Positions 10,567 through 20,608 of a DNA stretch of 64,000 nt are shown here, piece after piece. The position numbers were made by a program, and so were the translations under genes. Numbering within the stretch: position 1 is the first letter of the stretch; every line of letters starts with the position of its first letter. This stretch comes from Bacteroidota bacterium (GTDB lineage Bacteria > Bacteroidota > Bacteroidia > Chitinophagales > Chitinophagaceae). The stretch spans positions 1,195,520 to 1,259,519 of the forward strand of contig JAFDXK010000001.1 in NCBI GenBank assembly GCA_018267965.1, read 5' to 3'. Below the pieces are notes generated by a model. It did not search any database. It was given only the letters and a program-made list of their open reading frames with translations, and was not told the DNA's origin.

Positions 10567-12342
10567 ATGGACACAACGACCAAAAACATAATGCAAGGCG
10601 GCGGATTCCTCATACAGGCATCAGAACCAGCAGATACTTTCACTCCTGAAGATTTTACAGAAGAGCAGAGATTAATAGAACAAACATGTACGGAGTTTTT
10701 GGACAAAGAGGTTTTTCCTAAAATTATAGACATAGATGCTCAAAAGGATAATATTATGGTTACCCTTTTGGATAAAGCAGGTGAATTAGGTTTGTTGGGT
10801 GCTGCTTTTCCTGAACAATATGGTGGGTTGGGCGAAGACTTTGTGACTGCTACGCTCATTAATGAGTCTTTGGGTTCAGGGCATTCTTTTGCAGTGGCCA
10901 TGGCTGCTCATAATGGTATTGGGTCTTTACCTATCCTTTATTTTGGAACGGAGGAACAGAAACAGAAATACATGCCTAAACTGGCTACCGGTGAAATGAA
11001 AGGTGCTTATGCCCTTACAGAACCCAATTCGGGTTCTGATGCATTGGGAGCCAGAACAACTGCAACGTTAAGCGAGGATGGCAAATTTTATATTCTCAAT
11101 GGTCAGAAAATATGGATTACTAATGCCGGCTTTGCAGATGTATTTACAGTATTTGCCAAAATTGATGGCGATAAATTCACAGGATTTATTGTAGAGCGTA
11201 ACACACCGGGATTCAGCTTCGGCGAAGAAGAACATAAGATGGGCATTAAAGGTTCCAGTACACGTCAATTGTTTTTTGAAAACTGCAAAGTACCTGTTGA
11301 AAATGTATTGGGCGAAATAGGCAAAGGGCATATCATAGCATTCAATATTCTGAATATAGGCAGACTGAAATTATGTGCTGCTGCACTTGGTGGGTGCAAA
11401 CGTGCGATGAATACTTCACTGAAGTATGCGATGACACGCGAGCAGTTTAAAACACCAATAGTGCAATTTGGAGCTATGCAACATAAGCTGGCTGAAATGG
11501 CTATTCGCACATTTGCTACTGATGCTGCTTTATATCGCACCGCCAAATGGATAGCAGACAAAGAACATGAACTGGAAACTGCAGGCAAGGCTGACCCGTT
11601 ACTGGGTGCTGCAGAAGAATATGCCATTGAGTGTGCCATGCTGAAAGTGATAGGTTCAGAAGCATTGAACTATGTGGCCGATGAAGGTGTGCAGATACAT
11701 GGCGGTAATGGTTTTTCTGATGAATACAATATATCACGCACCTATAGGGACAGCCGTATCAACAGGATATTTGAAGGCACTAATGAAATCAATCGTTTGC
11801 TGACGCTTGATATGTATCTGAAACGTGCCATGAAAGGACGCATCAATATCATGGGGCCTGCAATGGCTATTCAAAAAGAATTGACAGGCATACCTGATAT
11901 GAGTACAGACGATGCACCATTTGCTGCTGAATTGAAAGCAATAGCTAATTTCAAAAAAGCGATATTGATGTGTGCCGGTGCTGCTGCCCAGAAACTAATG
12001 ATGAAACTGGAACATGAGCAGGAAGTACTGATGTATTTGGCCGATATGCTGATGGATACCTTTAGCGCAGAATGTGCTTTACTCAGAGCGATGAAGATGA
12101 GTAATAACAACCATGCCAATGCTGCTGTCGCTATAGACATGGCGCGCACTTTTATCAATGATGCTGCAAACAGAATAGACCATGCCGGCAAAAACGCTAT
12201 CAATGCTTTTGCGGAAGGTGATGAGCAACGTATGATGTTACTGGGTTTGAAGAGATTTACTAAGGTCAATAATTTCAATGCTAAAGAAGCAAGAAGAAGA
12301 ATAGCAGCACAATTGATAGAAAAACAACGCTATTTCCTTTAA
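10567..12342 (+). CDS. Acyl-CoA dehydrogenase family protein (long form)
   Basis: About 590 aa with ACAD N-terminal, middle and C-terminal domain similarity (YALTEPNSGSDA, GQKIWITNA). The start is taken at the internal ATG at 10567 (MDTTTKN). Confidence 0.8.
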   Translation: MDTTTKNIMQGGGFLIQASEPADTFTPEDFTEEQRLIEQTCTEFLDKEVFPKIIDIDAQKDNIMVTLLDKAGELGLLGAAFPEQYGGLGEDFVTATLINESLGSGHSFAVAMAAHNGIGSLPILYFGTEEQKQKYMPKLATGEMKGAYALTEPNSGSDALGARTTATLSEDGKFYILNGQKIWITNAGFADVFTVFAKIDGDKFTGFIVERNTPGFSFGEEEHKMGIKGSSTRQLFFENCKVPVENVLGEIGKGHIIAFNILNIGRLKLCAAALGGCKRAMNTSLKYAMTREQFKTPIVQFGAMQHKLAEMAIRTFATDAALYRTAKWIADKEHELETAGKADPLLGAAEEYAIECAMLKVIGSEALNYVADEGVQIHGGNGFSDEYNISRTYRDSRINRIFEGTNEINRLLTLDMYLKRAMKGRINIMGPAMAIQKELTGIPDMSTDDAPFAAELKAIANFKKAILMCAGAAAQKLMMKLEHEQEVLMYLADMLMDTFSAECALLRAMKMSNNNHANAAVAIDMARTFINDAANRIDHAGKNAINAFAEGDEQRMMLLGLKRFTKVNNFNAKEARRRIAAQLIEKQRYFL

Positions 12343-12375
12343 ACGTATTTGCGCAATAAAAAATCTGTTTAAATT

Positions 12376-12404
12376 AGTCCTGTAAAGTAATACAGGACTT
12401 TTTA
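12376..12404 (+). terminator. Rho-independent terminator after the acyl-CoA dehydrogenase gene
   Basis: agtcctgta-aagtaa-tacaggact followed by ttttt. Confidence 0.7.
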
Positions 12405-12415
12405 TTTCTACTCTT

Positions 12416-13966
12416 ATGGCAAACAAAGAACAATTCATAGCAGACATTAATAAGGGATATACTTTCAAAGGAGGTTCTTTTTTATTAGGGAAAGGGATTC
12501 TGGATGGTGAATTAGTAGCAGATACCAATATTCATGTACCACTGAAAACGATGAACCGTCATGGTTTGATTAGCGGCGCTACGGGAACAGGCAAAACCAA
12601 AACATTGCAATTGCTTGCTGAAGCATTGAGCGAAGCCAGCGTACCTGTTGTGATGATGGACATAAAAGGTGATTTGAGTGGCATCGCAGCACAAGGCGCA
12701 CCAAACGACAAACTGAAAGAACGCATTGAGAAGATGGGTATTACCTATACCCCAACAGGATACCCGGTAGAATTACTGACCCTCAGCAAAGAACACGGAA
12801 CTAAATTAAGAGCTACCGTAACAGAATTCGGACCTGTATTGCTTGCCAAAATATTGGAGTTGAACGATACGCAGGAAAGCATACTGGCCATGTTGTTTAA
12901 ATACTGCGACGATAACCAGATGCCTTTGCTAGATTTAAAAGACTTGCAAAAAATGATGCAGTGGTCCGCTAATGAAGGCAAGAAGGAATTGGCTGCTGCT
13001 TATGGCAATATATCTGCTGCATCTATTGGCACTATCATGAGGAAAGTGGTAGAACTACAACAGCAAGGTGCGGATAGTTTTTTTGGAGAGAAATCTTTTG
13101 AAGTAGATGATTTGATGCGTATCAGCGATGATGGTAAAGGCATTATTAGTATAGTACGTGTAACAGATTTGCAGGATAGGCCGAAATTATTCTCGACATT
13201 CATGCTGCAAATGCTGTCTGAGCTATATGCAACATTACCCGAAGCTGGCGACCTTGACCAGCCTAAGCTGGTGATGTTTATTGACGAAGCACACCTGATA
13301 TTTTCTGATGCTACAGAAGTATTGGTAAAACAATTAGAAACCATCATCAAACTCATACGATCAAAAGGTGTAGGTATATTTTTCTGTACGCAAAACCCAA
13401 TGGATGTAGCGCCCGCTGTATTGGGGCAATTGGGTATGAAGATTCAACATGCACTACGTGCGTTTACGGCTAACGACAGGAAAGACATTAAACTAACTGC
13501 AGCTAACTACCCTGAAAGCGATTATTACAAAACAGAAGACCTGATAACACAATTGGGTATTGGTGAAGCATTAGTAACATTATTGGATGAAAAAGGCATT
13601 CCTACTCCATTGGTAGCTACCATGATGTGCCCACCCAAAAGCAGGATGGATATTTTAAGCCCTGACGAAATACAGGCATTAGTAGCTAAGTCAAGCATAG
13701 CTGCTAAATATGAACAAGCTATTGATAGAGATAGCGCTTACGAGATACTCACTAACAAACTGCAAACTGCTGCTGCACAACCAACAACTACCGCTACTAC
13801 CACCAAAACAGTAGCACCTGCAGAAGAAAAGAATATACTTGAAACTATAACAGAAAATCCAATAGCAAAAAGCATGATGCGTACTGCAGGCAATATGTTA
13901 GTACGTGGCTTATTAGGCTCATTAGGACTGGGTGGAAGTACAAGAAAAAAGAAAGGATTCTTTTAG
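12416..13966 (+). CDS. HerA-like / DUF853 family P-loop ATPase (YjgR-like)
   Basis: 516 aa. A Walker A motif (GATGTGKTKT) follows an N-terminal region typical of DUF853 helicase-HerA-like ATPases. Walker B hhhhDEAH is present (VMFIDEAH). Confidence 0.7.
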   Translation: MANKEQFIADINKGYTFKGGSFLLGKGILDGELVADTNIHVPLKTMNRHGLISGATGTGKTKTLQLLAEALSEASVPVVMMDIKGDLSGIAAQGAPNDKLKERIEKMGITYTPTGYPVELLTLSKEHGTKLRATVTEFGPVLLAKILELNDTQESILAMLFKYCDDNQMPLLDLKDLQKMMQWSANEGKKELAAAYGNISAASIGTIMRKVVELQQQGADSFFGEKSFEVDDLMRISDDGKGIISIVRVTDLQDRPKLFSTFMLQMLSELYATLPEAGDLDQPKLVMFIDEAHLIFSDATEVLVKQLETIIKLIRSKGVGIFFCTQNPMDVAPAVLGQLGMKIQHALRAFTANDRKDIKLTAANYPESDYYKTEDLITQLGIGEALVTLLDEKGIPTPLVATMMCPPKSRMDILSPDEIQALVAKSSIAAKYEQAIDRDSAYEILTNKLQTAAAQPTTTATTTKTVAPAEEKNILETITENPIAKSMMRTAGNMLVRGLLGSLGLGGSTRKKKGFF

Positions 13967-14316
13967 TGCTTTTCAGCTTGCCTTAGTTCTTCTAAGGTCA
14001 TGGTCTTATTGGTGCGTGTATTGAACACAAGTGGTGTAAATGTTTTCGGGTCGACATAAAAATCAATCTGCGGATAAAAACTTTGCCCGTTTTCTTTACC
14101 TACCTGTATCCAGTAATATTTAAAATTATAGCTCGGAACACTGATAGTGCGCATACTGAAATGCCAAATCTTACTTGTGTCATATTTAATCAGCGTCTGC
14201 ACCTCAGGAATTGCCTCAATGACGGCATACGCGCTATCTTTTAGTTTAGCCTTGTCCTGAGCAGAAACAGTAATTGAAACTGATAAACAAACTATGAATA
14301 AAAGAACCTTATTCAT
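13963..14316 (-). CDS. Hypothetical secreted protein
   Basis: 117 aa with a signal peptide (VSAQ) and no recognisable family. Confidence 0.4.
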   Translation of the reverse strand: MNKVLLFIVCLSVSITVSAQDKAKLKDSAYAVIEAIPEVQTLIKYDTSKIWHFSMRTISVPSYNFKYYWIQVGKENGQSFYPQIDFYVDPKTFTPLVFNTRTNKTMTLEELRQAEKH

Positions 14317-15070
14317 CTCGCCATTCTTTACCGGTAAGGTTCAGGAATACATCCTCCAGGTTGGCTTCTTTTACCTGTTTAGGACGCTTAAATCCTTTAG
14401 CAATTAGGCTATCTATTAAAGCATCAGGCGTATCTAATGCTATAATTTCGCCGCTATCTACAATCGCAACTCTATCACACAATACCTCTGCCTCATCCAT
14501 ATAGTGTGTAGTAATAACAACAGTTGTACCTCTGTCACGAACTTGTTTAATCAACTCCCAAAGATTGCGTCGAGCCTGAGGGTCTAAACCTGTTGTAGGT
14601 TCATCCAGGAATATTACTTTAGGTTCGTTGATCAATGTTGTGGCGATAGAAAACCTTTGCTTTTGTCCACCGGATAATTCTTTGAATTTGTTCTTTGCTT
14701 TATCTCTAAGGTTAACGGTATCGAGCAAAGCCATTGGGTCTACTTTGCGGTTATATAAGCCACTGAATAGTTTAATGATTTGTATCAGGTTCAGGTTGGG
14801 ATAATAACCTGCTGCCTGCAATTGCACCCCTATTATTTTCTTTATCTCTCCGGCATCTTTATCTACACTCAATCCATGTACAGTTACCTCACCCGATGTT
14901 TTTTCACGCAGGGTTTCGATGATCTCCAGCGTTGTAGTTTTACCCGCACCATTAGGCCCCAGCAAACCAAATATCTCACCTTGCATCACTTCAAAGCTGA
15001 TACCCTTCACTGCTGTGAAATCACTATATTTCTTTACAAGGTCTTTAACTATAATAACGCCGTTATCCAT
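14309..15070 (-). CDS. ABC transporter ATP-binding protein
   Basis: About 253 aa from the internal ATG at 15070. It carries Walker A (GPNGAGKTT), the ABC signature (LSGGQKQR) and Walker B (IFLDEPT). Confidence 0.85.
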   Translation of the reverse strand: MDNGVIIVKDLVKKYSDFTAVKGISFEVMQGEIFGLLGPNGAGKTTTLEIIETLREKTSGEVTVHGLSVDKDAGEIKKIIGVQLQAAGYYPNLNLIQIIKLFSGLYNRKVDPMALLDTVNLRDKAKNKFKELSGGQKQRFSIATTLINEPKVIFLDEPTTGLDPQARRNLWELIKQVRDRGTTVVITTHYMDEAEVLCDRVAIVDSGEIIALDTPDALIDSLIAKGFKRPKQVKEANLEDVFLNLTGKEWRDE

Positions 15071-15086
15071 ATTGACGCAATTTAAA

Positions 15087-16043
15087 CTATTTGTGCAGTA
15101 AATAACATTTGCGGTGCAACCTGCCCTGGAAATCAAAAGGCGTAGTAGCAGCGGTAATATCTTTTATATGTGGTGTAGGTATTTTATCCTTATCTAATTC
15201 AAAGCCTCGGTAATTGTTGCTGAAATAAATACTTCCGCCTTCGGTACAACCTTTCAGCAATTGCTTTAACAACCAAACATGGTCACGCTGCACGTCAAAA
15301 TTATCTTCCATGCGCTTGCTGTTAGAGAAGGTTGGAGGGTCGCAAATAATCAAATCGAAGGTATTAGCAGGTATATCTTTTATCACCTCCATCACATCAT
15401 CATGAACAAACTCATGTTTATCGTCCTTATACAGTTTATTGTACTGCATATTGCGTTTAGCCCAGTTTATGTAGGTTTTAGACAAATCAACTGAAGTAAC
15501 ACTTGCGGCACCACCATGTGCAGCATACACACTGAATGAGCCTGTATAACAAAACAAGTTCAGTACACGTTTGCCTTTAGCTTCATCTCTTACCATACCT
15601 CTTGTAATACGATGGTCGAGAAATAAGCCCGTATCTAAATAATCAGTAAGGTTGATGATAAAATTCAAATCGCCTTCAGGTACAATGCGCTCTACTTTTT
15701 CCTCTCCAAATTTCTCGTACTGCCCTTGCCTGCCTGCTTTACGCTGGCGCACTTTCATGAATATCTGCTCAAACGGCATCTCCAGCACTTTGGCTATAGT
15801 TTGCTTGCAAGCATTGAGCCAGGCTTCATGTTCTTCATCCTCCATACCATGCCTGCGCTTGTATTCTGCAGCATGCACCACATCTTTGTACAATTCTATC
15901 GCAAAAGGAAATTCAGGTAAATCGTGGTCGTAAAAACGATAACAGGCTACTTCCTGCCTGCGAGCCAGCTTGCTGTAATGTTTGAACATCTTACGCAAGC
16001 GGTTCTCAAACATTTCCTGCTTTTGTGCTACATCCAATGCCAT
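15087..16043 (-). CDS. Class I SAM-dependent rRNA methyltransferase (RlmI/RlmK-like)
   Basis: 318 aa. The C-terminal half aligns by eye with RlmI/RlmK (VLNLFCYTGSFSVYAA...VTSVD...DLIICDPPTF). Confidence 0.65.
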   Translation of the reverse strand: MALDVAQKQEMFENRLRKMFKHYSKLARRQEVACYRFYDHDLPEFPFAIELYKDVVHAAEYKRRHGMEDEEHEAWLNACKQTIAKVLEMPFEQIFMKVRQRKAGRQGQYEKFGEEKVERIVPEGDLNFIINLTDYLDTGLFLDHRITRGMVRDEAKGKRVLNLFCYTGSFSVYAAHGGAASVTSVDLSKTYINWAKRNMQYNKLYKDDKHEFVHDDVMEVIKDIPANTFDLIICDPPTFSNSKRMEDNFDVQRDHVWLLKQLLKGCTEGGSIYFSNNYRGFELDKDKIPTPHIKDITAATTPFDFQGRLHRKCYLLHK

Positions 16044-16076
16044 TGGGGTACAAGATAATACAAGCGTAAGACTGTA

Positions 16077-16733
16077 TTATGATTTTGTCTTGTTATTAGT
16101 ATAGCTCACCTGTTTAGATATAGGTGGCTCGTAAACCTTGTTCTTGTTATGAGGAAGTTTACGCTGTCTTTTATCCATAGCTACGCTGTCTGCTTTAGAC
16201 ATATCAAAATCGCGATGATAGACCAACTCATCCAGTTGATAATCTTCTTCGCGAACCAGCCTGCCGTTATCAGCATCATAAAAACGCCATGTGCCATGTC
16301 TCATAGTGCCTTTTTCAGTAGGTACTATTCTGCGTATCTCATCATGCGTTACTGGGTCTGTTACAAAGATGGTATCAAAATCATGGGTTGGGTTTAAGCC
16401 CCTGTAATAACCTATACAAGTCAGCTTACCTTTCTCATAATATTTCACTTCACCATCCAGCACATTATTCTTAAACGTTTCGGCAGCCAACATTCCCTCT
16501 TCATTACTTACCTTATACCACAATCCTGTTTTTAATCCTGCATTATAGGCACCAAATTCAGACAGGCCGCCTTCCCCTTTATTTGCAGGTTGGTTAATGA
16601 CCCACATGCCCGTGCGCCTGCCGAAGGCGTCCAGTTTATTGATATCGTCTTTAGGAGCGGGCTTGTTTTGCCCGTAAGAAACCTGACCTGCTATGCAAGC
16701 CAACACTAATGATATGTATATTATCTTCTTCAA
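16077..16733 (-). CDS. Hypothetical secreted protein with MORN-like repeats
   Basis: 218 aa with a signal peptide and repeated G-x-W/Y-x-x-Y motifs resembling MORN/YwqK-type repeats. Confidence 0.4.
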   Translation of the reverse strand: MKKIIYISLVLACIAGQVSYGQNKPAPKDDINKLDAFGRRTGMWVINQPANKGEGGLSEFGAYNAGLKTGLWYKVSNEEGMLAAETFKNNVLDGEVKYYEKGKLTCIGYYRGLNPTHDFDTIFVTDPVTHDEIRRIVPTEKGTMRHGTWRFYDADNGRLVREEDYQLDELVYHRDFDMSKADSVAMDKRQRKLPHNKNKVYEPPISKQVSYTNNKTKS

Positions 16734-16743
16734 TTACAATCTG

Positions 16744-17097
16744 TTATACTGCGAATGAACTACCGCATCCGCATGTGCTGCTGGCATTAGGGTTTTTAAA
16801 TACAAATCCGCGTGCATTCAATCCATCCTGAAAATCTACCGTCATACCGAACAAATAGATACCATGTGCATTCTTCATAACGACAGGAATACCTTCAATA
16901 TTGTATTCGGTATCATCAGCTTCTTTATTATCAAAGCCTAATATATAACTCATTCCAGAACATCCGCCACCTTTTACACCCACACGCAAATATTGTCCGC
17001 TGTTGGTATCAAAATCAGGTTGCGACATCAGCCTTTTTACTTCATTCACTGCCCCTTCTGTAAGACTCACAGGAGTTTGCACCATCGTCATATCCAT
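16744..17097 (-). CDS. Iron-sulfur cluster insertion protein (HesB/IscA/ErpA family)
   Basis: 117 aa with a conserved Cys in GGCSG and the C-terminal CGCGSSF motif. Confidence 0.85.
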   Translation of the reverse strand: MDMTMVQTPVSLTEGAVNEVKRLMSQPDFDTNSGQYLRVGVKGGGCSGMSYILGFDNKEADDTEYNIEGIPVVMKNAHGIYLFGMTVDFQDGLNARGFVFKNPNASSTCGCGSSFAV

Positions 17098-17222
17098 ACT
17101 ATAATATTTTATACAAAATTACCACACTATAAGGGGCTATCCAAATAGCTAACACTAAAGTGTGTATATGTTGTTTATATATATAGAAAACAGCAGTATA
17201 AGGTATGTTAACGAACATTTTT

Positions 17223-17230
17223 TACATTTG
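17223..17230 (+). promoter_or_regulatory. Candidate Bacteroidota -7 promoter box upstream of frr
   Basis: tacatttg matches TAnnTTTG and lies about 26 nt upstream of the frr ATG. Confidence 0.3.
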
Positions 17231-17255
17231 TGCTCCGTAAAAAACAGTATACCGT

Positions 17256-17819
17256 ATGAGCGAGGTTATAGATATGCTTATTGATGAATCGACGAGCCTG
17301 ATGAAGAAGGCCATTAACCATCTTGAAACAGAATTGAGCCGTATTCGCGCCGGAAAAGCTAACCCTCAGATACTGGATGGTGTGCACGTTGATTACTATG
17401 GCGCATCTACCCAACTGGCACAGGTGGCAAATATCACTACCCCTGATGCCCGTACGATTTCTATTCAGCCCTGGGAGAAAAATATGCTGGGTCCTATCGA
17501 AAAAGCCATCATTGCATCTAACATAGGTTTGAACCCTCAAAACGATGGTAATATCATACGCCTTTTCTTACCACCGCTTACAGAAGAGCGCCGTAAGGAA
17601 CTGGTGAAGCGTGTAAATGCCGAAGGCGAGCAGGCTAAAATAGCAGTACGCAACATCCGCCGCGATGTGATAGAACAAATAAAGAAAGAACAGAAGAACG
17701 GGCTGAGCGAAGATGCCACCAAAGATGCCGAAGGACGTGTGCAGGGCATTACCGATAAATACATTGCACTGGTAGACCAGCACTGTAAAGACAAAGACAA
17801 AGAAATAATGACCGTTTGA
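17256..17819 (+). CDS. frr: Ribosome recycling factor
   Basis: 187 aa with full-length similarity to RRF (MKKAINHLETELSRIRAGKANPQILD...). Confidence 0.9.
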   Translation: MSEVIDMLIDESTSLMKKAINHLETELSRIRAGKANPQILDGVHVDYYGASTQLAQVANITTPDARTISIQPWEKNMLGPIEKAIIASNIGLNPQNDGNIIRLFLPPLTEERRKELVKRVNAEGEQAKIAVRNIRRDVIEQIKKEQKNGLSEDATKDAEGRVQGITDKYIALVDQHCKDKDKEIMTV

Positions 17820-17821
17820 TA

Positions 17822-17846
17822 TGAAGCCCTTGAAAGCGGGCTTTTA
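17822..17846 (+). terminator. Rho-independent terminator after frr
   Basis: aagccc-ttgaaagc-gggctttt directly after the frr stop. Confidence 0.6.
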
Positions 17847-17859
17847 CAATTAGAGCCTT

Positions 17860-18759
17860 ATGGACGAGTTTCAGAAACAATTAATACTACTGTTTTCCAT
17901 TCCTATCTACGCTATTCTCATTCCGCTGGAGATATTACTGAGTAATTACCGCCACCGCAAATGGTATAGCTGGAAGGAGACTGCTACGAATGTTTACCTC
18001 AATCTTATCAATTCGGGCATAGACTTATTGCTACGCGGGTTTGCACTGTTTGTGCTTATCTATTTTTCTCAATTCGGTGTAAAGAATACATTATCTCCTG
18101 TAGCTTATTGGTTTGTATTATTTATCTGCGAAGATTTCCTCTTCTGGCTGGAGCATTATGTAGACCATTCGGTACGCTTCTTCTGGGCAGTGCATGTTAC
18201 CCACCACAGCAGCGAGGAATATAACCTGAGTACCGGTTTCCGCTCATCGGTCTTTATGCCTTTGTACCGCTACATGTATTTTATACCAATGGCATTATTA
18301 GGTTTCCGCCCGATAGACATACTATTCATGTATGCCATTACTCAGATATACGGCATACTGGTACATACGCAATCTATCAAGAAACTACCCCGCTGGATAG
18401 AATTCATATTCGTTACTCCTTCTCACCATCGTGTGCACCATGCCAGCAATGCACCCTACTTAGATAAAAACATGGGCATGGGACTTATTATCTGGGACAG
18501 GATATTCGGCACCTTTGCCGAAGAGATGGATGAAGAACCACCGCACTACGGTTTGACTACTCCTGTAGCGAAACCTAACCACCCCATTCATATCGTTACC
18601 CACGAATGGGAAGCCATAGCGCAAGACCTGAAGAAGAAAGTGCCTTTCAAAACCAAATTGGGTTACATCTTTCAACCACCCGGATGGAGCCACGACGGCA
18701 GTAAAAAAACATCGAGGCAATTGAGAAGGGAATGGAAGGAGAATAGGTTAAAAAAATGA
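17860..18759 (+). CDS. Sterol desaturase / fatty-acid hydroxylase superfamily membrane protein
   Basis: 299 aa with multiple TM helices and histidine boxes (HxxDH, HVTHH, HHRVHH). Confidence 0.75.
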   Translation: MDEFQKQLILLFSIPIYAILIPLEILLSNYRHRKWYSWKETATNVYLNLINSGIDLLLRGFALFVLIYFSQFGVKNTLSPVAYWFVLFICEDFLFWLEHYVDHSVRFFWAVHVTHHSSEEYNLSTGFRSSVFMPLYRYMYFIPMALLGFRPIDILFMYAITQIYGILVHTQSIKKLPRWIEFIFVTPSHHRVHHASNAPYLDKNMGMGLIIWDRIFGTFAEEMDEEPPHYGLTTPVAKPNHPIHIVTHEWEAIAQDLKKKVPFKTKLGYIFQPPGWSHDGSKKTSRQLRREWKENRLKK

Positions 18760-18767
18760 TTGAGGGT

Positions 18768-19000
18768 GTTCACTGTTCACTAGTGAACACTTTCATTTTG
18801 CATTTTTCATACCTACTCACGTCATTGCCCGATAATCATCCGTCATATTGACTGCGAGTAACGAAGCAGGAAATATCTCCTGAACATTAGTATGCTGCTT
18901 GGGAGATTTCTCCCTTCGGTTCGAAATGACGGACGGGTTCGTGGGGTGTTCAGATTGAACAGTTGAACACTTGAACACTTTCATTTTGCATTTTTGACCT
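18768..19000. repeat. Left-flank cluster of TGTTCA/TGAACA palindromic repeats, two units each followed by tttcattttgcattttt
   Basis: Unit A at 18771..18795 is gtgttcactgttcactagtgaacac, which contains the perfect 16-bp palindrome tgttcactagtgaaca. Unit B at about 18949..18981 is gtgttcagattgaacagttgaacacttgaacac. Both are followed by the identical 17-mer tttcattttgcattttt. Confidence 0.7.
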
Positions 19001-19129
19001 CCCTTGTTTCACTTCATTCAACATCCCCTCCTTACAAAAGGAGGGGACAAAGGGGCGGTACAATATCTTTAACCTCCCGCATATTGCAATAACTTATGCG
19101 TTATAGTATATTAGATATACTAAACTGCA

Positions 19130-20608
19130 TTGAAAACCTTACAACAAATATTAGCTTTTATACAACCTGCACCCAGGCTGAAGTTGTTGATGTTTGTGGT
19201 GGTTTGTTACTGTCTGTCACTCAATCTTTCTTTTCCCCGCCAACCTGATTATAATGAGTTTAACACTTCTTTGGAGAGGAGTATGGCTATAGAGAAAAGA
19301 AGTACAGCAAAAAGACTTAATGCTATTGAAGAAGAAGGAAAAACATACCGAGAACGTTATACAGTATATTTAGAAAAAGCCTACAATATCAACGCATGTT
19401 TTCTTAAAGTCACTGCAAATATTGATTCTATAAAAAGTTGCATTGATCCTACTTCAACGCATAAATATCATGTAAGTGCAGAAACAATTGATTATTTAGA
19501 TAACAGCATAAATCAATTCCTTAAGTCAATCGGCGATAATATCAGCCAGAATATTAGAGACTATCTTGTTAAGGATATTACCGATTGTCTATTTAAAGAA
19601 ACAAGCAACAAAACCTTATTAACAGCACTTTTAAAAGATAAAACTGCGAACGAAACTTATACGCTTTTAACCGTAATACAAAACAACATTACTTTATCTA
19701 ATGAAGTAGCTATTCAGGAAATTTCAAAAGAAGCTGGTGGCTGTAACTTAATATGTGATATACCATTTTGTGTTGCCATTCCTTTAACCTGTTATGTGCA
19801 ATACGGAGATAAAGTAAAAGCTCAAATGTTTATTGGCAATTACAACAAAGCTACCAACCCTACTTTTACTACCAATAGAGGCCATATAACAAAAGTTGAA
19901 AATGGATTAGCTTCATTAATTGCCAATACTAAATACCCGGGGCTATACCAATTATACGGCACTGCTACATTAGAAGATTACGACGATACAATTATCAGAC
20001 CGTGGTCTACTCAATACTATGTAGCTAACCAGGGAGTGTTTATGAACATATGCAAACCTAATTATTGCTACAGAGGCATGAATAATACCGTTACACTTAA
20101 CTATCCGGGTTATGAAGCTGATAAATTATCATTAAGGGCTGATGGTGCTAAAGTGATAAAACTATCTGATGGCAGGTATAATATTATAGTTGATAAATCT
20201 CCTAAAGAAATTACAGCCTATATGGATGGCATCAACCCCGATGGCAGTAAGAGTGTTGCACTGGCTACCAAGCGAATTATTGTGGCTAATCCTCCCCCAC
20301 CCATAGCTTGCGTGGGCGATAATGCGGGTGGTCATATCAGTTTAAAAGAACTAACTCGTAACAACAAACTATCTGTAACACCCCGTGATGAAGACATAGA
20401 TATGGTGTATAGTATTAAGAGTTATCAAATTACATGTTTGAATAGCAAGTCTTTTACCGAAGCTGTAACTATTGAGGGAGGTGTATTTGACAAAGATATC
20501 ATCAGCAAACTTCAGCATGGCGACAGGATATATTTTACAGACATTGTGGCTGCCGACAAGAATGGGAAAATGATTACAGTGCCACCTGTTGCATTTGTCA
20601 TTGAGTAA
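19130..20608 (+). CDS. Hypothetical membrane-anchored protein with GldM/PorM C-terminal-like region
   Basis: 492 aa with one N-terminal hydrophobic helix. The C-terminal 150 aa show patterned similarity to the GldM C-terminal Ig-like domains (GD-x-I/V-x-F/I-x-x-I ... P-x-V-x-x-V-I-E end). No gldK/L/N neighbours. The start codon is uncertain. Confidence 0.4.
   Translation: MKTLQQILAFIQPAPRLKLLMFVVVCYCLSLNLSFPRQPDYNEFNTSLERSMAIEKRSTAKRLNAIEEEGKTYRERYTVYLEKAYNINACFLKVTANIDSIKSCIDPTSTHKYHVSAETIDYLDNSINQFLKSIGDNISQNIRDYLVKDITDCLFKETSNKTLLTALLKDKTANETYTLLTVIQNNITLSNEVAIQEISKEAGGCNLICDIPFCVAIPLTCYVQYGDKVKAQMFIGNYNKATNPTFTTNRGHITKVENGLASLIANTKYPGLYQLYGTATLEDYDDTIIRPWSTQYYVANQGVFMNICKPNYCYRGMNNTVTLNYPGYEADKLSLRADGAKVIKLSDGRYNIIVDKSPKEITAYMDGINPDGSKSVALATKRIIVANPPPPIACVGDNAGGHISLKELTRNNKLSVTPRDEDIDMVYSIKSYQITCLNSKSFTEAVTIEGGVFDKDIISKLQHGDRIYFTDIVAADKNGKMITVPPVAFVIE

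Noticed and set aside
11068-12528. Multiple minus-strand ORFs within and after the acyl-CoA dehydrogenase gene
   Set aside because: They are antisense to a gene with clear ACAD motifs. Their compositions (Ser/Ala/Cys-rich) are typical of antisense translation of a GC-skewed gene.
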